A stretch of DNA of 60,779 nucleotides from Candidatus Zixiibacteriota bacterium (GCA_041742355.1 JBGSIV010000121.1:1-60779), one strand, 5' to 3'; positions 35,757 to 45,262 are shown, numbered from the stretch's first letter. Notes: a model not told the origin generated them from the letters alone. Made by a program: numbers and translations.

Positions 35757-36137
35757 TCACGGTTCCGGCTGGATCAGATCCTCGCCGAGCACCGCTTCGA
35801 GAATTATAAGCGCGTCCTCGCGGAACTCCCGCGGAACCATGATCACGTTTCCTACCGATCCGCTGTGGAACAGGCTGCCCGCATGGGTGGCGCCGCGCTG
35901 CGGTCCGCTCATGCCGGCTGAGAGAATCACCGACGGAATGTTGTTCGAATCCAATGACCCCTTGGCCATCTCCGACTTCATCTGCGACGCCACCTGGCCC
36001 ATCACGACCCAGCTGCGGTCGGGGCTCATCGCCGCCGCCCCGCGTTCGGGCATGGAATCGACCAGCGTGACATTGCAATCGGGGCAGACCATGACGCCCG
36101 TTTCAAATTCGTACCGGCACTGCGGACAGTAGGCCAC
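35757..36137 (-). CDS. Zinc-ribbon + DUF2007-like small protein, paralogue 2
   Basis: C4 ribbon CPQCRYEFETGVMVCPDC followed by a DUF2007-like alpha/beta module (..IPSVIL..VMVPREFREDALIILEAVLG). The GTG at 36137 (VAYCPQC) aligns with the MAYCPEC start of the upstream paralogue. An alternative ATG lies at 36158. Confidence 0.6.
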   Translation of the reverse strand: MAYCPQCRYEFETGVMVCPDCNVTLVDSMPERGAAAMSPDRSWVVMGQVASQMKSEMAKGSLDSNNIPSVILSAGMSGPQRGATHAGSLFHSGSVGNVIMVPREFREDALIILEAVLGEDLIQPEP

Positions 36138-36139
36138 TG

Positions 36140-36484
36140 CTATTCCTTTCGCTGCCACCGCTCGCCGAGCGTGGCCTCCAGAACTTCCATCGCTTCATCC
36201 TGATAGGTCGCCGGGACTGAGATTTCGAACGACGACGGTTTGGATTCGTAGATCGGATTCAGCGGCAACCCCACGTTGCCGAAAAACCCCGACTTGGAAA
36301 TCACCACCGCCGGTATGTTCAGCGACTTGAGCGTTTCACGCGCCAAATCGGCGAACGGCTTGCCGTCCACCATCCCCAGCACGACCCAGTCAGTCCGTTC
36401 GTCACTCATAACCGGATGTCCGCACACGTAGCACCGCTGCGGATCGCCTTTCAGTTCAATATTACATTCGGGACAGTACGCCAC
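36140..36484 (-). CDS. Zinc-ribbon + DUF2007-like small protein, paralogue 1
   Basis: MAYCPECNIELKGDPQRCYVCGHPV (C4 ribbon), then WVVLGMV..LARETLKSLNIPAVVIS..ISVPATYQDEAMEVLEATLG. Its start overlaps the gcvPA 3' end by 23 nt. Confidence 0.6.
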   Translation of the reverse strand: MAYCPECNIELKGDPQRCYVCGHPVMSDERTDWVVLGMVDGKPFADLARETLKSLNIPAVVISKSGFFGNVGLPLNPIYESKPSSFEISVPATYQDEAMEVLEATLGERWQRKE

Positions 36485-37817
36485 TCGTGGACAACTCCTT
36501 GAGCCCCGACACCAGCCGCGCGACTTCCTCGTCGGTGCGCTTCTCGGTCAGCGCCACGATCAGGCAGTCATCGAGGCCACGGTACCAGCGCCCGGCCGCC
36601 ACTCCCGGCAGAATGCTCCGCTCGACCATCGCCAGGATGATCTGCTGCGCCGGTTTGGGCGTCCGGATCGCGAACTCGCGCACGAACGGCCTGTTCCAGT
36701 ACAGCTCGAATCCGTCGAGCGCACCGATTGCTTTCGCGGCCTGCTGCGCTTTTTCCATCGACAGCAGCGCCACCTGCCGCAGCCCGGTCTTTCCGAGCAG
36801 CGTCATGTACACCGCCGCCGTAGTCGCACACAGCGCCTGGTTCGTGCAGATGTTCGAGGTCGCCTTCTCGCGGCGGATATGCTGTTCGCGCGTCTGCAGC
36901 ACCAGCACGAACCCCGGCTTGCCGTCCACATCCGTGGTCCGGCCGGCGATTCGTCCCGGCATGCTGCGCACGAGATCCTTTTTCACCGCGAAAAACCCGA
37001 GGAGCGGGCCGCCGAACGACACCGACATTCCCAGGGGCTGGCCCTCACCGATCGCGATATCGGCCCCGACCTCGCCCGGCGTCTTGAGTACCGCCTGCGC
37101 GATCGGGTCTACCGCCATGACCAGCTTGCCGCCGACCTTGTGGACCATCGCCGCCACCGGCTCCGTCTCCTCGAGTAACCCGAAGAAATTCGGCTGCGAC
37201 ACGATCACACCGGCCGTGTTCTCGTCGAGCAGATCCTCCAGACGGTTCAGGTCCGTCACCCCGTCGGCCATGGGCGCAGTCACGATCTCGATATCGAGAC
37301 CCGACAGGTACGTCCGCACCACGTCGCGGTAGGAGGGATTGAGCGTTTCGGCCAGAACGATCCGGTTGCGGTTCGTCACCTTCAGCGCCAGCATGGCGGC
37401 CTCGGCCGCCGCCGTCGCGCCGTCGTACATCGACGCGTTGGCGACATCCATCCCGGTCAGCCGGCAGATGTGCGTCTGAAATTCGTAAATCGCCTGAAGC
37501 GTTCCCTGCGCCACTTCCGCCTGGTAGGGGGTGTAGGCCGTCATGAACTCCGGCCGGCTGATGATCGTATTCACCGCCGACGGGATCCAGTGGTCGTACA
37601 CGCCGCCTCCGGCGAAACCCACCAGCCCTTCGCGGTTTTCCCGCGAAAGCTCCTGGATCTCGCGCAGCAGCTCCATCTCGGACAGCGACGGTATATTCAG
37701 CTCCCGCTTGAGCCGCAGATGGGCCGGAATACCGTCCAGCAAATCCTCGAACTTGTCAACCCCGATGCGCTTGAGCATCGCCCGACGATCGTCGTCGGTG
37801 TTCGGTACGTATGACAT
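36462..37817 (-). CDS. gcvPA: Glycine dehydrogenase (decarboxylating) subunit 1
   Basis: 451 aa with typical P-protein alpha subunit sequence (MSYVPNTDDDRRAMLKRIGV.., YTPYQAEVAQGTLQ). Confidence 0.95.
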   Translation of the reverse strand: MSYVPNTDDDRRAMLKRIGVDKFEDLLDGIPAHLRLKRELNIPSLSEMELLREIQELSRENREGLVGFAGGGVYDHWIPSAVNTIISRPEFMTAYTPYQAEVAQGTLQAIYEFQTHICRLTGMDVANASMYDGATAAAEAAMLALKVTNRNRIVLAETLNPSYRDVVRTYLSGLDIEIVTAPMADGVTDLNRLEDLLDENTAGVIVSQPNFFGLLEETEPVAAMVHKVGGKLVMAVDPIAQAVLKTPGEVGADIAIGEGQPLGMSVSFGGPLLGFFAVKKDLVRSMPGRIAGRTTDVDGKPGFVLVLQTREQHIRREKATSNICTNQALCATTAAVYMTLLGKTGLRQVALLSMEKAQQAAKAIGALDGFELYWNRPFVREFAIRTPKPAQQIILAMVERSILPGVAAGRWYRGLDDCLIVALTEKRTDEEVARLVSGLKELSTSGVLSRM

Positions 37818-38053
37818 ACTCTGACTGCTTCCGATTCTTCCTGTGTTTACCTCCCCCAGGTGATTGAGCGGCCCGAGGGTCTTCTCCCCCGACGTCGCCA
37901 GGAACTCGCCGCCGGGAGGATCTCTATCGTAACACCACTACCCGGCGCAAGTGCCTCCGCCGGGTCGCATTCTTTCGGTACCGATGTCATGCGGCCGACT
38001 CATGGGCCGGCCGCTCACTGCTCCGTTCGGGAACGGCAGAACCACAATCCGCC

Positions 38054-38449
38054 TTACGCTTCTTCCAGCAGGCGCTTGTAGTTCCCCTGGTCCAATAGCG
38101 CAGCCACTTGCGCCGCATCCGACACCTCAACCTTGATCATCCAGCCGTCGCCGTACGGATCCCGGTTGATGATCATCGGATCATCTTCCAGCGCGCCGTT
38201 GATCTCGACAACCTTGCCCGATACCGGCGCATACAGCTCCGAGACGGCCTTGACCGCTTCGATCGTGCCGAACGCCTGCATCTGCGCGACATGGTCGCCC
38301 ACCTTCGGGAGCTCGACAAAAACGATGTCCCCGAGTTCCCCTTGGGCGTATTCCGTTATCCCGATCGTGGCCGTCTTACCGTCCAGCCGAATCCATTCAT
38401 GCTCCTTGGTGTAGCGCAGTTCTGCGGGAATGTTCACGGGATCCTCCAC
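38054..38449 (-). CDS. gcvH: Glycine cleavage system H protein
   Basis: 131 aa. YTKEHEWIR and the lipoyl-lysine context IEAVKAVSELYAPVSG. Confidence 0.95.
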   Translation of the reverse strand: MEDPVNIPAELRYTKEHEWIRLDGKTATIGITEYAQGELGDIVFVELPKVGDHVAQMQAFGTIEAVKAVSELYAPVSGKVVEINGALEDDPMIINRDPYGDGWMIKVEVSDAAQVAALLDQGNYKRLLEEA

Positions 38450-38472
38450 TATACACGTACTAGGTTAAATCG

Positions 38473-39990
38473 TTACTCGGCCTTCTTATCTGACACCGAG
38501 GCCACCGCCCCGGCGATTTCTTCTGCGCTGGCCGGAGTCCCCTCGCCCCCCCGCAACAGGGTCAGGCTCTTGGGCGACTCCCCCTCCGCTAAAGGGAGGG
38601 CCCCCGGCTCCTTCGCGGGTCGAAGCCGCGATTCTATGAAGTTGATGTCGTACTTGCCGGCCACAAAATCCGGATGCTGGAAAATTTCGCGCTGGAAGCC
38701 CACGGTCGTCGGAATCCCCTCGACGATGAACTCATCGAGCGCCCGGCGCATCCGGATCACGGCCTGCTCCCGGGTCCGCGCCCGCACGATCAGTTTCGCG
38801 ATCATCGAATCGTAAAACGGCGGAATCACATACCCCGTATACACCGCCCGATCCACCCGTATCCCCAGGCCACCGGGAATATGCAGGCCCGTGATCGTCC
38901 CCGGTCCCGGGCGGAAATCCTTGTCGGGATCCTCCGCGTTGATCCGGCACTCGATCACCGCCCACTTCGGCTTGATGTCTTCCTGCTTGTATTCGAGCTT
39001 CTCGCCCAGCGCCACCCGCAGCTGGTCCTGCAGCAGGTCGACCTCGTAGGCTTCCTCCGTCACCGGGTGTTCCACCTGGATGCGGGTGTTCATTTCCATG
39101 AAGTAGTAGTTGTGGTTGTCGTCCACGAGGAATTCCATCGTCCCCGCCCCGCGGTATCCCACCTCGGCCGCGCCTTTGACCGCCGCATCTCCCATGCGCT
39201 TGCGCAGCTCGGGCGTCATCAGCGGCGACGGCGTCTCTTCGATCAGCTTCTGGTGGCGGCGCTGGATCGAACAGTCCCGCTCCCCGAAATGGATGTAATG
39301 GCCGTGAGTGTCCCCCATCAGCTGGATTTCAACATGGTGCGGGTTAATGACGAGTTTTTCGAGGTACAGATCCGGGTTGTTGAACGCATTGCCCGCTTCG
39401 GCCGACGCGATGTGAAAGCCGCGCTCCAGCTCGGCAATGTCCCGGCACGCCCGCATGCCTTTGCCTCCGCCGCCGGCCACCGCTTTGAGAATCACCGGAT
39501 AGCCGATTTCCTCGGCGATCGCGGCCGCGTCCCGAAACGTCGGCACGATCCCGTCCGACCCCGGAATGCACGGCACCCCGGCCCGCTTCATCAGATCCTT
39601 GGCCCGGACCTTGTCCCCCAACTGGCGAATCTGCTCCGGCGTCGGCCCGATGAAGGTAAGTCCGCAGGACTCGCAGATCTCGGCAAAATCGGCGTTCTCG
39701 GCCAGGAAACCGTAGCCGGGGTGAATCGCTCCCGCGTTGGTCACCTCGGCCGCCGCAATGATGTGCTTGAAATTCAGATACGACTGCCGCGCCGGCGCCG
39801 GACCGATACAGACGTCCTCGTCGGCAAAACGGACATGCAGGGCATCGCGGTCCGCCTCGCTGTAGACAGCCACCGTTTTGAGCCCCAACTCACGGCACGC
39901 GCGAATTATGCGCAGGGCGATTTCGCCCCGATTGGCAATGAGTACCTTTTCGAACAAGTCGTGTCCTTTCGTCTCGGATGTTTGGGCCAC
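38473..39990 (-). CDS. accC: Acetyl-CoA carboxylase biotin carboxylase subunit (with ~55-aa C-terminal extension)
   Basis: ATP-grasp biotin carboxylase throughout ([40 protein letters not shown]). Only 23 nt upstream of gcvH. Confidence 0.95.
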   Translation of the reverse strand: MAQTSETKGHDLFEKVLIANRGEIALRIIRACRELGLKTVAVYSEADRDALHVRFADEDVCIGPAPARQSYLNFKHIIAAAEVTNAGAIHPGYGFLAENADFAEICESCGLTFIGPTPEQIRQLGDKVRAKDLMKRAGVPCIPGSDGIVPTFRDAAAIAEEIGYPVILKAVAGGGGKGMRACRDIAELERGFHIASAEAGNAFNNPDLYLEKLVINPHHVEIQLMGDTHGHYIHFGERDCSIQRRHQKLIEETPSPLMTPELRKRMGDAAVKGAAEVGYRGAGTMEFLVDDNHNYYFMEMNTRIQVEHPVTEEAYEVDLLQDQLRVALGEKLEYKQEDIKPKWAVIECRINAEDPDKDFRPGPGTITGLHIPGGLGIRVDRAVYTGYVIPPFYDSMIAKLIVRARTREQAVIRMRRALDEFIVEGIPTTVGFQREIFQHPDFVAGKYDINFIESRLRPAKEPGALPLAEGESPKSLTLLRGGEGTPASAEEIAGAVASVSDKKAE

Positions 39991-40100
39991 TCACCGCTTG
40001 CAGTCTGTCGTTTCACCGGCAGTTGCTTCTGCCGGCCGATCCGGAGGCAGTGCGTTCCCTTCATCTGGGCGACATTACGAACCCTCTGTACGAATCCTCT

Positions 40101-40213
40101 GTGGCCCACCATTCATGGTGGGACTTGCTTGATCGAGTGCCACACAGCTTACTGTGGAGTCCCCGAGCCAAATATCTTCGGTGCCCCACCGCTTGCGGTG
40201 GGGTCCCCGAGCC
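40101..40213. repeat. Three related hairpins (CCCACnnnnnnGTGGG family)
   Basis: GTGGCCCACCATTCATGGTGGGAC (40101-40124), GTGCCACACAGCTTACTGTGGAGTCCCCGAGCC (40137-40169), GTGCCCCACCGCTTGCGGTGGGGTCCCCGAGCC (40181-40213). Confidence 0.85.
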
Positions 40214-40470
40214 ACGGATCCGCCGATCCGGCGGCTTTCAACCGGATGCATCCGGCCCGAAAACCGCCTTCTCAGGTAGCAAATATATGGTAAATCCCCC
40301 CGCCCCACAACCCAAATCCCGGCTTCCCCAAACGCTGTGAACCCTCTTTGTCACAGCAACTTCACACAATTCACCGGGCGTGAGCAACGATCCGTGAGCG
40401 GTGGAATCGCCCGATCCCGGCAAATGGGCGGCTTCAGGTCCGATCTCATTGGCCGAACGCAACGACCAAT

Positions 40471-42207
40471 CTACATCCGCGAACTCGTCAACTGGACGTC
40501 CGCCCGCGCCCACGCCGCCTGAAACTGCCCCCGCACTTCCTCCGCTTCGGCTGTCTTTCCCTGTGCCTCCAGTGCCTGCGTCAGTCCGAAAAGCGACCAC
40601 CCATTATTCGGATACTCCTGCAGATCCTCCCGGTACACCTGCTCCGCCTCCGCTGCCTGCCCGGCCTCAAGGAGCATCGCGCCGAGCGTCTCGCGGCTCG
40701 GGCTGAACCAGGCCGGCGGCTCGTGGTACCCGAATCCGTCCTCGATCGCCACCGCCTCGCGCATCCCGGTGATCACCGCCTCGTAGTCCCCGTTCGCGGC
40801 CGCAATCTCGGCCGTCAGCGTCTTCGCCGCAACCTGCAGCACGCCCAACGCGGTGGCCGGCGTGAACACGTCCATCTTGTCCGCCATCTCTTTTGTGGCC
40901 AGTTCCGTCAGCCGTGCCAGTTGGACCTCGGCGCTGTCCGGCTTTCCCGTCCGAAGGTACGCCATTCCCCGCGCGTAGTGCCAGATCGCCGTGGGGTAGA
41001 GCATGGCCGCTCCCGGCTCCGGCTTCGGCTCCTCGAGTATCTCCGGCCAACGGCCGAACCGCACCATGGCGTAGTACGGCAACGTCCATCCATGTGTCAG
41101 CGAGCCGTACCCCTGCTGCTCCAGCGGCTCTTTCAGGATCAACTCCCGCGCCTTCCGCGCCGCGCGAACCGTCGCTTCCCCGCGCCCCTCCATCGAGGTC
41201 GAGAACGTCAGGTAAATCGCGTTGTGCGGCATGTACGAGATCCGGTACATCCCCCGCGCCTCGTACTGGGCGTGGTAGGCGCTGTCCACCGCCACCGCCT
41301 TCTCGTTGGCCAGCGACGCATCCGCGTACCGCCCGATCTGCAGGTAGATGTGCGACGGCATGTGTTGCAAGTGCCCGATCCCCGGCACGAGATCCCGCAT
41401 GCGATCCGCCGCCGCCTCGCCGCGTTTCGGATGCCGCATCTCGACCGTGTGGATATAGAAGTGATTTGTCGCCGGATGATTCGGCTGACGTTCCATCGAC
41501 TGTTCGAGGGTCGTGACAATCTCCTCCCCGATTCCGTTCGGCGTGCCGTCGTCCTCCCAGTAGTGGTAGCGAGACAGGAGCATCAGCGACTCGGCGAAGA
41601 GCGCCTGGGCATCGGGATCGTCCGGATACTGCTGGGCCACTTCGCGCATGGCGTCGGAGTACAGGCGGTCGAGTTCCCCCCGGTTCGCCGTGCGGTTCTC
41701 CATGTATCGAAAGGCCAGGGCGCGGATGAAGGCCTGCTCGCGCGCCGAGGCCTTCGAGGCGAGCGACTGCGCTTTTTCGACAGCCGCTTTCGCCGGCTGG
41801 AGGTTTGAGGCCGCCATGGGCGCATTCAGGTGCGGCCCACGCGCCAGCGCCTCTCCCCAAAAGGCCATGGCGCAGTTGGGATCGAGCTTCTGCGCCTGCT
41901 GGAACGACCGGATCGCCTCGGCGTGGTTGAACCCGTAGTGGAGCATCAGCCCCTGGTTAAAATAGGTCTGCGCCTGTTCGTTCTTAGTAGAGATCTTGAA
42001 GCTGTGGTTTCCCATCCCTTCCAGGAGCGGCGCCATGTTTTCCTGTGTCTGGGCCGGGACAGCGATTTTGGGCTGCTGCGCGTCCCGCCATGACTGCTGC
42101 GCCTTCACTCCGGGAGTGATCCCGGTGACTACTGCCGTGGTAACTGCTGCAAAGAGAAAGAACCCCGCCAATGCAACCGTGAGTGCTGATCGTTCGCTCT
42201 GCGTCAT
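40471..42207 (-). CDS. Exported tetratricopeptide-repeat protein
   Basis: 578 aa with an N-terminal hydrophobic anchor/signal (LTVALAGFFLFAAVTTAVV). Multiple TPR-like helix pairs (e.g. AIRSFQQAQKLDPNCAMAFWGEA; AEQVYREDLQEYPNNGWSLFGL). Confidence 0.7.
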   Translation of the reverse strand: MTQSERSALTVALAGFFLFAAVTTAVVTGITPGVKAQQSWRDAQQPKIAVPAQTQENMAPLLEGMGNHSFKISTKNEQAQTYFNQGLMLHYGFNHAEAIRSFQQAQKLDPNCAMAFWGEALARGPHLNAPMAASNLQPAKAAVEKAQSLASKASAREQAFIRALAFRYMENRTANRGELDRLYSDAMREVAQQYPDDPDAQALFAESLMLLSRYHYWEDDGTPNGIGEEIVTTLEQSMERQPNHPATNHFYIHTVEMRHPKRGEAAADRMRDLVPGIGHLQHMPSHIYLQIGRYADASLANEKAVAVDSAYHAQYEARGMYRISYMPHNAIYLTFSTSMEGRGEATVRAARKARELILKEPLEQQGYGSLTHGWTLPYYAMVRFGRWPEILEEPKPEPGAAMLYPTAIWHYARGMAYLRTGKPDSAEVQLARLTELATKEMADKMDVFTPATALGVLQVAAKTLTAEIAAANGDYEAVITGMREAVAIEDGFGYHEPPAWFSPSRETLGAMLLEAGQAAEAEQVYREDLQEYPNNGWSLFGLTQALEAQGKTAEAEEVRGQFQAAWARADVQLTSSRM

Positions 42208-42440
42208 CGCCGCCTTTCTGGTTTCTCGTGCGACTGCCGGGTACGTTTCTTCTCATACGTACAACTCCCCGGCGCCGATCCGGTTCCTATGGTCGTAAGT
42301 TGCCCTGATTGGACGCCACAAAAAAACGTGCGGTTCGTTTCGCGGGAACAGCCCAATTGGGATGAGAGACGTGAAACAAGATCAAGCAGGCGAGTAACCC
42401 GCAGCTCTGCTGCGGGCTGGTAGATTCAAATGTTCTTCTT

Positions 42441-42520
42441 GTAGGTCATGACCCTCGCGGTCCTGACATTGACCTAGACTGACGCCCGGATACTGTCATC
42501 CCGGGCTTGACCCGGGATCC
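42441..42520. repeat. REP-like hairpins
   Basis: GTAGGTCATGACCCTCGCGGTCCTGAC (42441-42467) and GTCATCCCGGGCTTGACCCGGGATCC (42495-42520). Confidence 0.8.
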
Positions 42521-42535
42521 AGTCTTCTCCCCTCC

Positions 42536-42973
42536 TCATCCCGGCCCATCAAACCGTACATGCCTCCCCGGCATCGCCTGCAAATCAAACTTCGCCGAAT
42601 CCGTTCGTCGCCACACCAACGTCCGGTCGGGCCACAGATCATAGCTCCCGTTGAGAATGACGATCCACACTCGCGTGCTGTCAATCCACTTTACGGCCGC
42701 CGAGTCCGCTCCCTCCGCCCGCACCAACTCGTAGTCATTCCACTTCCCCCCTGAAACCGTTACCACCAGATCGCCCACGGGCCCGATCGCTCCTCCCCCA
42801 GGTTCATCGATCACCGCAAACTCGTATTCCCGCTCGTTGATCGTGTACAGGGTTTGCGGCCTGCCGGTCATGTAGCAGACCACGCCGATAGTTGCGATGA
42901 GGAGCACCGGCAACGCGAGGATGGTTCCGATCGTAAACCAGATCCATCCTTTAGCCTTGCGGGATAGTGGCAT
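42536..42973 (-). CDS. Hypothetical membrane-anchored protein (145 aa)
   Basis: Single N-terminal TM helix (GWIWFTIGTILALPVLLIATIGVVCYM). No motif I recognise. Confidence 0.5.
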   Translation of the reverse strand: MPLSRKAKGWIWFTIGTILALPVLLIATIGVVCYMTGRPQTLYTINEREYEFAVIDEPGGGAIGPVGDLVVTVSGGKWNDYELVRAEGADSAAVKWIDSTRVWIVILNGSYDLWPDRTLVWRRTDSAKFDLQAMPGRHVRFDGPG

Positions 42974-42980
42974 AATCTCG

Positions 42981-43346
42981 TCACTCCATTAACAGGAACC
43001 GGTCCGTATACGAAGTGTCCGGACTCTGGACCTCAAGGATGTACAACCCTGCCTTCAGCACTGGAAAGGGCAGCACCACCACAGAGTCCGAGCCTTCCTT
43101 CTCCATCCAGTACGACGGCTGGTGAACCAGCTTGAGTGTCGCCTTCCGCTCCAGGATACTGTCAAACAGCGTGAATGTTGCCGATGAATCCTCGGTGAAG
43201 AGCGTCACTGTCGTCCGACCGCCCGCCTGGATGGGAATGGTGACACTGTAAATCCAGGGACCGGCCGCATTATCGGCTGCGGACCCCGAAAGCCCGTGCA
43301 ACGCCGCAACTGTGGCGGCCGCCGCGAGCAGTAAGACTGCTTTCAT
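42981..43346 (-). CDS. Hypothetical secreted protein (121 aa), possibly ending in a T9SS-type sorting domain
   Basis: Signal peptide MKAVLLLAAAATVAALHG. The beta-rich C-terminus ..LKAGLYILEVQSPDTSYTDRFLLME loosely resembles the end of T9SS CTDs. Confidence 0.5.
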   Translation of the reverse strand: MKAVLLLAAAATVAALHGLSGSAADNAAGPWIYSVTIPIQAGGRTTVTLFTEDSSATFTLFDSILERKATLKLVHQPSYWMEKEGSDSVVVLPFPVLKAGLYILEVQSPDTSYTDRFLLME

Positions 43347-43365
43347 CCTTACTCCCTTCCCAGCG

Positions 43366-43395
43366 GTAGGTCAAGCATGGCTCGGCGCGCTTGAC
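43366..43395. repeat. REP-like hairpin with GTAG head
   Basis: GTAGGTCAAGCATGGCTCGGCGCGCTTGAC. Confidence 0.75.
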
Positions 43396-43420
43396 GTGGC
43401 ATCTTGCTCAGGAGATAAAT

Positions 43421-44029
43421 CTACGGACTAAACTGCCTCAACACATCTTCGCTCAACAGATGCTCCCGGCCAATTCTCACTTCAGCCACCGTTAGCCGCG
43501 TGCTGTCGAGATAAACAATTGGCCGTCCGTCTCCTGTCAGCAGCCCGGGAAACGCGTAACCATCCCTTCCCAGGTAATTAAAACTGTCGGTCGCGGTTGT
43601 TAGAAGAGGCCAAAAACTCGAGACATCGTCACCTGCCCTCAGCGCAGCAATCCGATCCTCGATCCTCAGCAGGCTGTCTACGCCGAATCGCCTGATGCTC
43701 CCGAAGTCTACATCGACCCACTCACCCTCATTGCACTCAAACCCAATCAGTAACCGGGATTCCGTATCGATGCTTGCTGAGACAGATCCCGAGCCGTCAT
43801 TGCTGATGCCGTAGTACCAGACTTCCCAGTGTTCTCCCCAGGCCGGTGGATGGACTGACCTCGGCTGCCCGAGGATATCAAACACTTCAACTGCCGTCAT
43901 ACCAGTCTTGAGCGATTGGCAATTCTGAAGTTGTTTGCGAGACTGAGCTTGATAGTGACTAGACCAGGCGACATACGCCCCGACGACGACGGTGATAGTC
44001 ACGGCTGTAAGGAGTAGCGGCTTTCGCAT
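43421..44029 (-). CDS. Hypothetical membrane-anchored protein (202 aa) with BamE/SmpA_OmlA-like motif
   Basis: N-terminal TM helix (LLLTAVTITVVVGAYVAW). LKTGMTAVEVFDILGQP resembles the BamE-like lipoprotein motif. The rest is unrecognised. Confidence 0.5.
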   Translation of the reverse strand: MRKPLLLTAVTITVVVGAYVAWSSHYQAQSRKQLQNCQSLKTGMTAVEVFDILGQPRSVHPPAWGEHWEVWYYGISNDGSGSVSASIDTESRLLIGFECNEGEWVDVDFGSIRRFGVDSLLRIEDRIAALRAGDDVSSFWPLLTTATDSFNYLGRDGYAFPGLLTGDGRPIVYLDSTRLTVAEVRIGREHLLSEDVLRQFSP

Positions 44030-44044
44030 GGACTTCTCCCCTCA

Positions 44045-44084
44045 GAAAAAACGTGCGGCCTGATGTCACCACCCGGCCGCACGT
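44045..44084 (-). terminator. Rho-independent terminator downstream of pilT
   Basis: 10-bp stem ACGTGCGGCC/GGCCGCACGT (44051-44060 with 44075-44084), followed on the minus strand by a U run (TTTTTCTGAG). Confidence 0.75.
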
Positions 44085-44104
44085 CATCCACCAATGCTAA
44101 CAGA

Positions 44105-45262
44105 CTAGAACTTTCCGAACCCCGTCGGCATCTCGTCCTTCTTCTGGTGCCCCGACTGCTTATCGTCTTCGGAGCTATCCCACCGATCGGAGGTTCCCGT
44201 GATCCCCTTGACGCGAAGGTCGAAGTCATCCGGATTGGTCGCCTGTACAATCGCCTCGTCGAACGAAATCTTGCCGGCTTTGTACAGCTTCATAATCGAC
44301 TGGTCGAAGGTCTGCATCCCGTACTGCACGGTCCCCTGCTCCATCAGCTCCGGAATGCTCACGGTCTTGGTCTCGTCCATGATCGCTTCCTTGATCGCGC
44401 CCGTGTTGATCATGACCTCGACCGCCGGAATCCGTCCCGGCATATCGCCGCGCACCAGGAGGCGCTGGCACACGATCGATTTGAGCGTGCCGCCCAAAAG
44501 CAGACGGATCTGCTGGTGCTGGTGCGGAGGAAAGAACGAGATGATACGCGAGATAGTCTCCACCACATTGAGCGTGTGCAGCGTGGTGAGCACCAGGTGT
44601 CCCGTATCGGCCGCTGTCAGCGCGATTGACATCGTCTCGAGATCGCGCACCTCGCCGATCAGGATCACGTCGGGATCCTGACGAAACGCGTGGCGCAGCG
44701 CCGAGGCGAAGGTTTCGGTGTCGCCGCCGACCTCGCGCTGTGAGATAATCGATTTTTTGTCGCGGTAGATGTACTCGATAGGATCTTCGACCGTAAGGAT
44801 GTTGTCGTGGCGCGTCGCGTTGATCTCCTCGATCAGGGTCGCCAGCGAGGTCGACTTGCCCGAACCGGTCGTCCCGGTGATGATAATCAGGCCGCGGCGG
44901 GTCTTGGACAACTCGCGCACCGCCGGCGGCAGATGCAGTTCTTCAAACGACGGCACGGTCGTGTTGACCGCACGAATCGCGATTGCGGTCGTGCCCCGCT
45001 GGCGGAAGAGGTTGATACGGAACCGTCCGAGTTTCGCCACCGACAGCGCCAGATCCATCTCGTTCTTCCGGTAGAAGCGCTCGCGCTGCTTCTCGTTGAG
45101 GATCTGGTTCACCACCTGATCCATCAGGTCGATCGTCATCGGATCGCACTGGATCTGCTCGAGTTTGCCGTTCACCCGAAGGTGCGGGCGCACGCCGACC
45201 CGGATATGCAGATCGGATGCTTTGCGATTGAGCATCTCAACCAGCATCTGCTTGAGATTCAT
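44105..45262 (-). CDS. pilT: PilT-family type IV pilus retraction ATPase
   Basis: 385 aa. ASDLHIRVG, Walker A GTTGSGKST, Asp box/Walker B PDVILIGEVRD and His box TGHLVLTTLHT. Acidic C-terminal extension. Confidence 0.9.
   Translation of the reverse strand: MNLKQMLVEMLNRKASDLHIRVGVRPHLRVNGKLEQIQCDPMTIDLMDQVVNQILNEKQRERFYRKNEMDLALSVAKLGRFRINLFRQRGTTAIAIRAVNTTVPSFEELHLPPAVRELSKTRRGLIIITGTTGSGKSTSLATLIEEINATRHDNILTVEDPIEYIYRDKKSIISQREVGGDTETFASALRHAFRQDPDVILIGEVRDLETMSIALTAADTGHLVLTTLHTLNVVETISRIISFFPPHQHQQIRLLLGGTLKSIVCQRLLVRGDMPGRIPAVEVMINTGAIKEAIMDETKTVSIPELMEQGTVQYGMQTFDQSIMKLYKAGKISFDEAIVQATNPDDFDLRVKGITGTSDRWDSSEDDKQSGHQKKDEMPTGFGKF

Noticed and set aside
37818-38053. Glycine riboswitch call for the gcvH-gcvPA spacer.
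   Set aside because: The conserved cores (GGAGAG...CACCGAAGGGGCAA...CUCAGGC) are not recoverable by eye; only loose fragments are present. I kept it as a low-interest finding rather than a feature.
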